Source of the DNA: Marsupella aquatica
Taxonomy: Eukaryota; Plantae; Marchantiophyta
Direction: 5' to 3'
Length of the DNA: 64,000 nt
Assembly (NCBI GenBank): GCA_973895155.1
Contig: OZ316891.1
Location: 1,479,324 to 1,543,323 of the forward strand
Of this stretch, positions 43,553-56,235 are shown in pieces. The notes below the pieces were generated by a model that was not told where the DNA came from, searched no databases, and saw only the letters and a list, made by a program, of their open reading frames with translations. Positions within the stretch are counted from its first letter, which is position 1. Each line of letters opens with the position of its first letter. A program made the translations under genes and the position numbers.

Positions 43553-46500
43553 CGATATTGAACGACGACAGTCGACTACATCAAACGAATTTACGGCGCA
43601 CCTGATGAATTTAGGTGAATCTCAGCTTCGATTGCATTGCATTTTCTATCATACCATGATACCACTCTGGACCTCGTACCGAAGATCTTTAGTTCGCCTC
43701 CACATTTTGTATGCATTTATATCACGGGCGATCAGGCCAAAGGTAAACTTTGTCCATTCTAGCATGACAAATCTTCGACAATCCAAGGGTGAACTTTGTC
43801 TTCTAGTTTAGCATAAGAAATATTGACAGATTAGGTGCTGGCAATTAAGATCTTAATATAATCAACTTTTTGAATACTGGTCTTGTCGAAATTGAAAGCT
43901 ACTGACAGTAAATGGACCTACACGTTTGCCAAAAGACACCAATAAATTTTTGCAAACCATGGATGGACTGCCTCTGACAATACGGCCATCTCTGAAAACT
44001 TGTTGTTATCTTCTCAAAGAAATTTAACAATATATACTAGGTTTCAGACATTGGAAAGATCGTTCCAGTAGTTTTTAAAATAAACCCAAGCAAAGAAAAT
44101 TCCATTGAATATTTAGGGACATACTAAACGTCTTTATGTGTGGCACCGGTCTCACTACCATGGCTGCACCAATGACATATAGATTCAAACATGTTGGAAT
44201 ATTAATTAAATAGTGGTCCCCTCATGGCCCCTCTTGTATATATGACTCTGAACCATGACTGCTACCTGGGCAGCCCAACTTTGCGCAAGTAGTTTGGTCT
44301 CCAACCCTTTGCCATTTCACTCAAAAAACACTCAATTTGTCAAAAAATGTTGATACCATGTGCAAACAAAGTAGGGCAGGGGAGTTTCAGTTATTTTACG
44401 GAAGTACTTAGAAGTGAAGTATTCTCGGAAGTACTAAAACTAAGTGGCAAGGAAGTAAGGAAGTGTGTAACTACTAACAATTCAAAAAAAGTCACTTGTC
44501 ATCACAAGATTCATGGTTTGTGGGGTTGCAATAAAAGATTGGTGGGATTTTTTAGCTTCAAGTTTAGAAAGAGTGCTTTACTTGGGGCTAGTGGTTTAAT
44601 AGGGGCTATAGCACAGGGTATACAACAATTTAATAAGGTGAACCCCCTTAGATGGAACACTTGAATACTTATATGGGTAGCATTGCATGGCACATCTGAG
44701 TACTATGGGGCCGAGACACTCTCAGGGGAATCTACTTGCAAGTACAATGGGGAGGATCCACTGGAGGTTGAGAAAGATTCTTCCCCGTCCATGTTATGTA
44801 AACTTTGGTGGAACTTTCTCTTTCACCATGGTTTTTTTTCTTCTTGATTTTATTTTCAGATTTTATTTTCCAATCTTTGTCTTTTATTATTTTTATTAAG
44901 AGTAAATTAATTTTATTAGAGTACCTTATGTTAAACTTTTTGATGTCCCCCTATAATTAATCCATATGTAAACAATTCTCTTACTCCCGACATATCACTT
45001 TTTATCATCAATTTTCATGAGAGTGTTTCTAACAAGTACCCAGGGTGTGAAGAAGTCTGGTGTCCTGCGGTAATATTGAAGAAGTTTGTCTGACTTGTTG
45101 ATGGCATCTCTTGGTGTGAATTTCTATGTTCAATTGAACATGTCATGGTGCCCAAGGGCAAAAAATGCTCAACCAGGTGATATGATACCAAAGGCAAAGC
45201 AACCCAATGAAGGGAGGGAAATGAGGGGAAAGGGCCCCAAGAAAAACAAGCCAAGGGGACCCCAATCAAAAGCCAACGAAGAAACAAGGGCCAAAAAAGG
45301 AACCTACAGTTCAAAGGGGCAGTGAAAGCTAACACCCTTGGCCTGATAGAGCTCTGGAATAAATCGCATAGGAGGGTCACGAAACAGAACCTGCCAAGAA
45401 GCCCTAAAACCAACTACCTTGAGCAGCCCTACGAAGGAGGGTGAAAGCTTGAGCCCACTGAAGAGCCATAGACACCTGCTGTCGAAAAAAGGCGGTGAGG
45501 ATAGAAATAGGAGGGAAGGCCTCCGCTCAATATAAAAAATTACACAGGCCCATAAGAACTGGTCGAAGGTAGGGTGAAGAGCAGCAAAAACTTCAAAGGC
45601 AAACGGGTAGCTAGAAAAGATCCCCCGGGTAGCGAACTGCATACTTAAAGGCATCCTCCTTGAATCGGGTTGCCTTAGCAGCAGCATGGCCCCAGGCATG
45701 GCCAGGCACATGGGCGGCAACCCCAACATGGTTCCCCCCTGTAGGATCAACAACAACCACATCCCCAAGAGCACGAACCCAGCGACTAGATCCACGCACC
45801 CCTGGTTAGGAAGACCATCCCGAGAGGGAAAAACATGTGTTGCTATTTCTGGAGCAGAAAAGTATATATGCGAGGTAAGGTCCCTGTCCTTGCATGGTTC
45901 CCCAGAATATGTGCGAGGTTGAGACATAAAATTCTCAGCCAATGTTTGAATGCCAGCTGCTAAGTTAATTAGGGGCCAGTGAGAATGAAGGTAACTAAGG
46001 GCTGGAGAATGAAGGTCTGCCCACATGAAATCTGAGTTGGCTCTGTAGTATTTTGTGAGTTGAATTTATGGATCTTTGCCGGGAGCTTCGTGTTGGGGCC
46101 GAGAAAGGGCATCCTTGTAGGCCCTTGTCAGTTCTCTAAGAAGTACTGATCGAACGTTTTGCATGTGGTTTCCTGAGGGAGTTTCGGGACAATATTCCTG
46201 AGGAATGTTGTCGGGACTGTAGAAACGACAAGGCTTTGGTTAGCTCTCAGGGATTAAGTCGGGAGCTCTCAGTTGTGTTGTGTGACGTGAGATTTTTTGC
46301 TGCGCATCTTGCTGAAAGCTACAGATATCGCTGGATTTATGGGTTGTTGGGAGCGCTGCGCTGTAGGTCCAATCCTCGGGAAGCACTAGTTTGATGGTTG
46401 TCACGCGCGGTCCAGACTGGGAGAGTGAATTTGGGATAATTCCTTGTGGGGTCGGCCTCAGCTGTGTGAGAGGACGTTGTCTACTCGCAATTAAACATGT

Positions 46501-47508
46501 ACAAGAGATAGGGGAGCTCTGACGGCGATATGTGGAATCTGGCTGGAAGCGACAATGGTAGCGATCTGGTGGCGATAAGTGTAATCTGGCTTGAAACGAA
46601 GATGGCAGCGATCTGGTGGCGATGTGTGGAATCTGGCTGGACACTAAGAAGGCAGCTAGTGGACGCAGATCTTGTTGAGCTACAGTGCAATTTGATCACC
46701 TTGGAAAATTTTAATGTTAGGTAGAAGTTTTGCAGATCTTGTTAAGTTGTGCTATTTGATCACCTTGGATGAGATTTTAAAATTTAGATAAAGTTCTATG
46801 GAGATCTGATAGTGAAAGATTTTATTCTTGTGGAGTTTGAAAATATGTGATGATTCAAGCTCTTCTAGAATGAATGGGCTCTAGACGAAAATTTCAAAAC
46901 TTTTTACTTGTGAAGGAGTTAAAATAATTCCTTTAAAACAACAACTGAAGTTTTAAAGGTAAAAACAGTATTGGGGTCATTACCTTTTAATGAGCAATAC
47001 TGGCATCACGCTCACCTCAGAGTGGCTACGTACAGTCACGTCAAACCTCAGACATTTCCAATTCACATACAGCCTAGTGCTCAGTGCTCAGAAGAAATAC
47101 AAATATTCACAGATACATACTGAGTCAGCTACTATCTGATCTATCACGATTGATCTGTAACTCTTCCTTCACTCTGTCATCTCCAGGACAGGTGAACTCC
47201 TTCCAACGAAATGATTTGGCGTCGATCAGGATCCTAGACACGTATGTCGATAGTTCCAGAGAATCGAAGGACATCAGAATCCTCAGACGTGCATGATAAT
47301 TTAGTGGAGTACTGGTAAAGATTTCCAACTCTTGCACGCCAAGAATCAAATAAAGTGTTCAATAACCTGATCAAAGTAGCTATGTCTAAGAGTGTGTTCG
47401 TCTATACATGACGCAAGTAAAGGACACTGGCAGAAGTTTCACTTCAATGCTTTCGAACTCTGCGAAACTATCTCTACACTAAGAGAATAAAGTCTTAAAC
47501 TTAACCCT

Positions 47509-47846
47509 TGGCATGTTCCTGAATTCAAACATAGTACTGTTTTCTTGTTCTCTTTTCACTCGTTTCACGCTTTCCGCAATACTTTATTAAGGTGTTCAGC
47601 ACACGTATGAATATTCACCGCAAGACTTCTATGAAAATATCTCTAAGGGGCTACAGTCTAAAATTACTAGTTGGCCCAGGTCACCAAGTCTGGTAGCTAG
47701 ATTCACATACCCGAAAATTACTAGTCGTTGGCATGTTCTAAATTCAAACTGTAGATATTTTCTTTCCCTTTTCCTAATTAAAGGATTTCTGCAATACTTT
47801 CTGAATTAAGGAGCAAGACAGTATGAATATCCATCGCGAGACTTCT
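47509..47846. repeat. Degenerate direct repeat pair (about 120 bp each, 47509-47631 and 47728-47846)
   Basis: Both copies begin TTGGCATGTTC..AATTCAAAC and end GTATGAATAT..A.CGC.AGACTTCT. Confidence 0.65.
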
Positions 47847-48177
47847 TGGGGAACAGAAGTCTGGATCCTCATGGACTCCATAAGTTAAAGATGCTTTAGT
47901 TAAGTTTTGAGGATGTCCTGAGTGGTTTTCCATGTGGCCCGACCAATTGTACGTAAACTGCTGGTTTTTGCCTTGTGCATTTCATTTGGACAACTGGTGT
48001 AAACCAAGATTGACAGGTACTGAATATCCTCCTTTTTCTTCAATCATTTCCAAGGATTGGGTCCTACTAGAAGACAAAAGACCCAATTGAAATGTTAGAT
48101 GGAATGAGTAGGATGACATGGATCCAGAAGTTGCTAAAATGCTTGGGATGCCATCCAAACATTCCATGTATCAGTTT

Positions 48178-48502
48178 GGGCAAAAATAAGTATCCATAAG
48201 TTGGTGGATGACAAGATTGAGGGGTACAAAAGAACAAAATATATAAGGATTAGCTCAAAAAAGAGAGGGAAAGGACTAAAATATCATTAAGATTACATTT
48301 ACTGAAACTAGGTTGTTTGGCATGTCATCCTAGTCATTCGAACTTGCCCAGGAATCCTTTCTGGAAGTGTTATCAACCAAATTCTGCCAGAAATTTTGGT
48401 GATATTTTAGTCATTCCCCTGTTCTTTTTGAGCTAGTCCTTATTTTGCCCTTTTGTACCCCTCAATCTTGCCATCCACCAACTTCTGGATATTTGTTTTC
48501 CC
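48178..48502. repeat. Foldback/MITE-like inverted repeat with about 100-bp imperfect arms
   Basis: 48191-48286 (..GTTGGTGGATGACAAGATTGAGGGGTACAAAAG..) is the reverse complement of 48400-48491 (..CTTTTGTACCCCTCAATCTTGCCATCCACCAAC..). Confidence 0.8.
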
Positions 48503-51448
48503 TATGAATCTAATGCCTAACAAAGTTTGATTTTTTTCTAAAAGATTATTTGTTCTTTTTTAGATGAACTCATACATGACCATCAATAGACGCAGCTTCA
48601 CTTTTGTGAAGAATGCCTTGAGTACGTAGTTTAGGCATGAGCAGGGAAATTACCACTTTTGGAAAGGACGGTTCACTTCTCTGAAGAACTCCCTGAGTAG
48701 TTTGAACATGAGTAGTGGCTTCCCACTGACGGGGTAGAGTAACTGAAACCAGCTGTGAAATGTTCAGGAGCCCAATCAACTCCATGTCCCATTCCCATCA
48801 AATTTGTAAAAGGTGTTACCCAAGTATTTCTAGATCATCTATGCCAGTGCATCTTAGCCTTAGAAATTCAACCGGCTTCAGAACAAAGCCCCTGGCCTGA
48901 TCCCTCCATACTTTGTTCTCAATTCTTCAAGATGCATGTGGAATTGTAATAATATCCAAACTAAGTGTCTAAACCGGGGTCTAAACTATACATTTTGGGC
49001 CACAAATAGGGCCACAAATCATGTGAGTGGCTGAAGACCTTCCTAGGTTGTTGATAGGGGGAAAGATCAGGTCCCATATTCAAGGGGAGATTCAGTGGGA
49101 ACAAATATCTGTTTGCAGATTCAGGAGACCTTCTGTTTGAGCTGACTATAATTGGAAAATCAAGACTAGAAGCCAAAAGATCTAAATTTGCAAGATAGAG
49201 TAGTAAGGTGGTGAGAAAAGCAGAACACACAGCACGCACAGCTTTGGTGATGACTAATTAATCAAACACTATAATAACATGTTGCTCCAAAAGTTACTGT
49301 AGCCCTCATTCAAATTTTCGGTGTCATTTTGAAAATTTCCCTCAAATTTTTTCCTCACAACAGACTCTGGATTATGTTATCATGGGTTCCTGTTTTTGAG
49401 GTCATGTGCAATGAAGGACATGTCAAGGTTGTGCAAAAAAGGATAAATTCGCCAAGTATTGGAAACAGCCTGTGCCATTTCCAATATTGGTGTGGGTTGT
49501 CCCTGCCCAAAGGGCCCCAAACCCATTGTTCCCTTGGACCTGCATGTATTTGATGAGGGATGGCTTGTTCAGGGTGCTTTGGAAGAGGCTTATTCAGGGT
49601 GCTTTGGAAGAAAGTGGGATTGAGCATCCTCCATTGGATTTAGGTGGAGTTAGCCACCAACACATGTTCAGCCAGAACCGTGCATTTATGATAAGGAGTG
49701 GCTCATCATCGGGGCATCGGAGGAAGTGGGGATTGATTGAATGTCCTCCACAACATCCAATGCACTCTCATACACAAGCTCCTATTTTTTTAATAGGAGT
49801 GGCTCATCAACGGAGCAAGGGATGATAGGTTTGATGAATATGTTGTGGAAGAATTATATGACGCTGAGGAAGATTCTCCCAATGATGGGGATGGATATTT
49901 GACACTTTTGTTGAGGGCACCGTGGAGTTGTCAGTGGAGAAAAGGAACAGGATGCATTTCCCGATGTTGCATCTGAAGTGGAGAGGTTGACAGTTGCACC
50001 AGTCACACCTGCACCGCAGGGTGAAGAAAAATTGTGTGGCAAAGACAAAGGGCACATTTAATTGACCGGCTTCCCAAGGCAGTTGGATTCTCACTTGGGT
50101 CTACATTGTTTGGGGCGTAGGGATCAGGGTATGGGTGTGCTTTTTGGCACATGTGAGGCTTTTCATTGGTTTGAAGAATGCCAAAAAGGCACCAAAAAAT
50201 AATCCCATTTTCAGCGCTTGTTGTGTCAAGGGCAAGGCTATATATATTGCCTTCTTTTGGTGTCCCACAGGAGCCTCTACAAAGCTTGCTTATAAGGCAA
50301 GACAGTGTCAGTAAGAATTTTTGCAACAATAGTAGAGGACTGGTTACAACAATGCATGTTGACACATGCTGGTGCAAAAGTTGATGAAAGGGGTAATAGT
50401 CAAGGACCATACTCCTTCTGTATCCAACAGCCGTTTGCCCCCTATAGGAGAAAGACCCAAAATTGCACAACTGTATCAGTGTCCTCCCTTCTTTTCTTCC
50501 AACCCATCACACCTGATAAAGTTAGGGGTATTTTAATTCAATTGGGCGGAAGACTTAAAAAAAATGTTGGAGAAAAATAGGTGTATTTTTAATCCAATTT
50601 TGAGAATTACAAGAACTACTGGAGTTTTTTAATTCCAAATTGGAGAATACATAAGTGCAACATATGAAACTTATCATACACATGCGCAGTAGACATATCT
50701 TGAGGATGAGAGACATCTTTGACAACAAAGTTGATCATACTGTCGGTTGAATCCAGAAGTGCTATACTGGAGGCAGGAAAGGTTGGTACATAGCACTTGA
50801 GATGTCCCAATGTAGTTCTTCTACTTAAATCAAGATCTCAGGTTTTCATTTTTGGGCAGGACTCAAAGTATTATAGATTGTACAAGATTTGGAGATATAG
50901 AACGTCTTGCACACACATACCTCAGAGCCACTGACATATTAGTAGAGTTCCAATGACTTGTGATCAACGGCCCTCAATTAATGCATTGTAGCCAGAACAG
51001 TGCCCATCTAGCCCTTTCCATAAGTCCCCACTTGGCACATAAGAAATTTAGATTAGAATCTAGCGAGCAAAATTGTCAAACATTTATTAAGACCCCCATA
51101 ATTCATAGGCCACAATTGTGAAAATTCCATCCGCCATTGTAGGGACTGCATTCCATTGAGGGACAGTAGACGTGGGAAACATAACTTCGTCACATTGACA
51201 GAGTCCCACAAGTACCAAATTGTACCAAAGACCATAGTGCCAAGCTCTTGAAGTCCAATCATAGATAGAAATTCTCCATTACTGAGTGAAAACCTCTAGT
51301 TTCCGAAAATCTCATCCGCCCAAGGAGCAGGATTTGACAGAGACTAATCATATGTACCAGACGCTCAGGACCTCATGGGGACAATCAAAATCGCTGAATG
51401 CTCTAAAATATCAGGAATTAGTGTTGACTTGTTATCTACAGCGAACCA

Positions 51449-54400
51449 TCAGGAGCTTGTGGGAACCTTGGTCTCCAGAAACGTCATCTGCTCTAAAAGC
51501 CGAGTCTTAGTGTTCACCATCTTTAACCATCTTCGCTTTACCCTTGTCTGTAAACCACAGAGGTCAGAAATCCCATTGTTCATCAGTTTTCCTTCAAGAG
51601 TCAGAAATACGAAGTCCTTTACTCTTATGCAGTGAGGCTTACTGAACCCTAAAGGTCCAATGCCACGACGACAACTATCAATTAGTCGTATTGAGTCTCA
51701 GTTTCACAAGAGAGCAGGAACGAATAAGTGCAATGCTTCAGGAAAATAACGGCGACCAGTATGAACTTCCCGATTCGTAATGAATCACAGGTCCACTACT
51801 TTCTTTAAATGAGAACTTACCGGGACATTTAGAACATGACCAATAGCAAATGAAGCCAGCCTGGGATCATGGGCAGACTTGACCAGCCCAGGAGCTGATT
51901 GTGCCTGCAAATAAAAGAAAGACAAGGGTCAAACAAAATTACGACCGGCGACTGTCTCTCCATGACATAAATTTATTTTAGTAGTCGTACCCATCTTCAG
52001 AAAAACTCTCTGATTTCAAGGATCATGAATGAATAATCAAGGATGTGATGTATTTCAAGAAGCTTGCACAGTTCCTAAAGCATATGCAACAGCTTTACCT
52101 CTGACACGACTTCACAGCACAAAGAAACAGCCCGTTTGGCAATATCAAGAAGCTCCTGCTTCTCCTCTGCTGTCTTGCATTCTTCATCGTCAAAAAATTG
52201 CACCTGACAATACAGAAGTGTACATAAAATGATAAGCAACTTCCTTCTCAAACATAGAACTTTTCATCCTTCCTCATCCTAATGCAGAAAGAGATACAAA
52301 AATCTCCTACGCCCATCCACACGTATTCAGAAAGAGCACTTATACCACAACAGATGTAGAACTAGCTATCTGGTACAACTCTAATGAACGGAACAAGACC
52401 GTATGGTCTTAACAAATGCTGGCAATCAAATCATTGCGAGAGGTTGACGTTGACCATTGTATGAATTATATTACCTGGCCTATGTTCAAACCAAATGAAC
52501 CCGGCTCTGACCAAATCCTGTCAGTTGTAGCCAGCACAACTGTCAGAGGTGGGTATGTTTATTGCATACCGTCGCAGGATGGGCATATGGAGACCAGGTG
52601 ATCAAATCATCCCGCATCAGTGCATTCCTCAGTACGATCAAGGCCCGTTAAGCTGAACCTCATCAATCTCCACAACCTTCACCTACCTAAACTGGAAAAA
52701 ATCTAAGAGGCCGCTATAGACGAGCAGCAAGTACTCGGTTCTGGATAGTTGAGGTTTGAAAGCAAAATGACTGCGCAAGCTTCCAATGTGGCAGACATGT
52801 CACTGTTTCAAAAACCACATATCCGTCGCTAGAAGAGAAAGCAATATTTGCAGAGTTGCGCACCTTTCATCAACTACTTTGAACCGGCGAACACCATGAG
52901 CGATGATGTATGACCTACAATCGCTTTCAAAAGTGTGGATCTTCAAGTTCTGGAAAACAAAAACACAACGGAATCAGGCTCCCAAAAGCAGACCCTGGAC
53001 TATGACAGAAGTTGCCTATCACCACTTGACACTAGCGGAATGAGAAGTGAACAGCGCCAAGGAGAGCAAGAAGAAGCAACAGTCAACTTTAGCGATAATT
53101 TTGAGTTCTGCTAATTTAGGGCTGAACCAAATCTGTCAGCTTAACCACCAAAGTTTTTCCCCTTGGGGCTTGAATTAGGGTCCACGGTACTAACCACAAG
53201 AGTACCAACCACCTCTCCAGATCCAACTCCGTCAGCAGCCCAGGAACCACTGTACATACTCGAGAGTCCAAAAGGCTTTCCTTGCTCCACACATTGCCGT
53301 ATCTGAATATCACATCAACTCATCTTAGTGGGCAAAATCATTTCCAGGAACAACTGCCGCCGCACAATGTTACGCAGGCCTTACATGATAAACATTGTAC
53401 TTGCAGCTTCTACCGCCATTGCATCTATCAGGTATTCCAAGTGGTACCGTACATTGGAGTACATGGAAACCAAAAAACAATCACGTCAGGTTCAATGTAG
53501 CAAATTCAAGGAGAAGTACCATAAGTCTGTAGCAAGGTTCGTAAATATAAAAAGGTGTGGACCATCCAGGGAAGAGCACTGAGTCGAGCAAAGCAAGCGG
53601 CAGCCTGTCAAATTCCCTCAAGTATTCTTCCGTTGGATTAGAAGAAAGTGATTGCGATCTTTGAGGATCGCCAATTGCATTAAACTCCAGTGCTGAATCT
53701 GCGGTTCTGTCGCCTGCTGATACCTGTGGAAGTGGAGGACCTGCACTTTCCTTGAGAAGCCGTTGGTTGAGTTGGTCGAGGAGTGAACTTGGGGCCAATT
53801 TGCTGCCTTTAGATGACCGGTAAAAATTTTGCACAGCAACATTACTAGGCAGGAACAAATTCTTACTGATGCATTCACTGCAACAACGCAAGGGCACTTA
53901 TCAGCATTGTCTCAGACAGACGATTAAGTGCCATGCACGAGATTAGTCCTCTTACTACTGTTGTATAAGAAAGTCCTTTTAAAATTGTTATGTTCCACAA
54001 CAAGAAGAAGACCAAAAATATTTATGTTTGTGTTCATGCCGCGTACGTAGCTAGATCTTGGTATAAACGTAGCTAAGCCGGAGGAATCTGAGCCAGACGT
54101 TGCCTTGGAAATAAAACCGAGAAGACTTACTCGAGAAAGATGTATCCCTGAATTCGAGGCATCCCTATAGACATTCGAGTGAACTCAGCAAAGGCTCCGA
54201 TGGGCAAGTCCAACCCTTTGACTGCCATACAGCAGTTACCATTACCCCATTAGACCAAAAACAAAACGCAATTGCCCCTAAGTGGTTAATTCAAATCAGT
54301 AATCCTCAGGTTCAGTTAAGACCAACGACCATTTCATGTCTGACTTCTACACACCTTTGCTGGAAATGGCTAAGCCAACCACACCAGATGTAAAACTCTG

Positions 54401-56235
54401 GTCACCCAAAAACAGAGGGCTCACCCCCTTTCCCGTTGTATCTCTTGTCCATTGATTCTTTTTCCTAGTGAACAATGGCGATAGGAAAGCTCCCGCTCTG
54501 CAATCTGAATGGCAGCACTGGTCAGTTACTCCCGGAGCCTTTCTCATCTCCATAGAATATTCAAAATGGAAGATTCACAACTACCTTAATTAAATTCGCA
54601 GTTCGAAATGCCCCTACAACATCCATCTCCTGATCACAACACTATTTTAGTGCCTGAGAACGCATCCCTCCATCCAACATACAGGAGTGGCAACACAGCT
54701 GATGAATAGAATGAGAGAATGCACCTGCAACTGGCTGGGAAAACTGAGGCAAGCCGTTGGATGAAGTCTGGAAACACAAAACCCGGAGCCCCTAGCAGAA
54801 GCATATGTGGGTTATTCTCCAAGACGGCATTCTCAAGATCGGGAAGGCGTGGAAGGCCTGTGGTTGAAGAATGAAATGCAACTGCTTTCACTCCAGGCAT
54901 ATGTGCAACACATAGAACCAGCTTGTAGTTTACATCTTCCTTTCCCAGATCTGAGCCGGATACCCCCGCTTGATCACCTCCATTCCTGGATTCCACAGTG
55001 ACAGTGCCTTCATAGTCCCCAAATAAGCCACTGCTTCCGAGCAACCTTTCCCTGATGCTCTGTCCTGGCGTTAACCCAAGCCTTGGGCTACTAGACCTCT
55101 GTTGTAATTCTGTCACTAATACATCGCCGAAGGTGACCCTGGCAGAGACCTCCCCATCGCTTTCCATGTTCCTCCCTGCCTCTGAAGTTGTTCTCTGCAG
55201 CCCAGAATTTTGTTCCCCTGTTTTCAGTGACCTAAGATCTCCTCCAACTCCGGACTCCTCGAAAGGATTTCTATACTTCACGAGAGCATTCAAAAGACTC
55301 ACCAACCCTTCTTTTGAGATCTGGCCTACTAAATCTTTGTCACAATCCTCTTCATCATCCTCACTGTCCGCTCTGGAGTCCATGAATTTGCTGGCTTCCT
55401 CACCAAATTCGGTAAATAAATTCTCCCAGTCTGAAACTGTGCCCTCTTCTTCGTCCTCATCCTCCTCCTGGACATGAAAATTATCCACCGCAAGCACCGC
55501 TGATCCCAACCTAAACTCTCCAACTCTTGGTCGTTGTTCATCTTGTTTTCCTTGTAGACCATTACCAATGTGAGAAATCTCCTCCTCTGATCGAAATTGC
55601 AAAGTCCGAACACTAGACCCACGTAGACTCCCCTGCAATGTCCTGCTTCCTGGATCGCCACTATTCTCAATTTCACCACCCGAATCATCCATAAGGCAGC
55701 CGATTATAGGCACGTGCTCTCGGGCAAGCTCTGCTCCATAGAGAGCTTCTGACGACGTTCTGGAAGCCTGGCCGCCGGAGTCCGAATCCAAGGAGCCACC
55801 AGACGGAGAAGGCTGACGAAAAACCGCAGAGTTACTCGACAACGAAGCGGAAAGCTGGTTTGTAAGAACTTGGACGGTGCGTAGGGCCGACTCGGTGGGC
55901 TTCGAAATGAATGCCACAGCCAAAGTGGGAGAATTGCCCCCGATTAGAGTGCAAGCTTGGTCCCAGATTCGCAACGGCGACTCTCCCTTCTTCATGCTCT
56001 TCGCCACCACTGTGGAGAACTGAAACTTTCTGCCATCAGGAACGTAGTGCGTCGACGTGAAGCTCTGGTCTACAGATCTCTCTCGCCCAGTCTCTTGGTC
56101 AGAGTCTCCTCGCTCGACCCCTACCTTTGAAATGTCCCTGACAAGAAGAGTACATACAATCAAAGGAGGGGCCGCAATCCGGTGCTTGCTGGCATGTCTG
56201 CTCCCACGCAAGCACCTAGACATTCCCCGAATCAT
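51449..56235 (-). CDS. Multi-exon gene encoding a FIST-N-like domain (split by an acidic insert) fused to a C-terminal Lon N-terminal substrate-binding domain; possible organellar presequence
   Basis: Exon 1 has PTLAVAF, VPIIGC, LCVAHMPGVKAVAFH and MLLLGAPGF..DFIQRLASVFP (FIST-like). Later exons give LPLALLDSVLFPGWSTPFYIYEPCYRLM|IRQCVEQGKPFG, RSYIIAHGVRRFKVV, DPRLASFAIG and KRRWLKMVNTKTRL (Lon-N). Stop TGA at 51449-51451. Confidence 0.78.

Noticed and set aside
44900-46750. ORFs of 130-240 aa (45304-46026, 46240-46644) and short GATCTGGTGGCGAT repeats
   Set aside because: No recognisable domain, termini or TSD; probably a decayed repeat that I cannot classify.
48560-50830. Coding-like composition with many short ORFs
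   Set aside because: No continuous frame or identifiable motif; likely an old TE remnant, not supportable as a feature.
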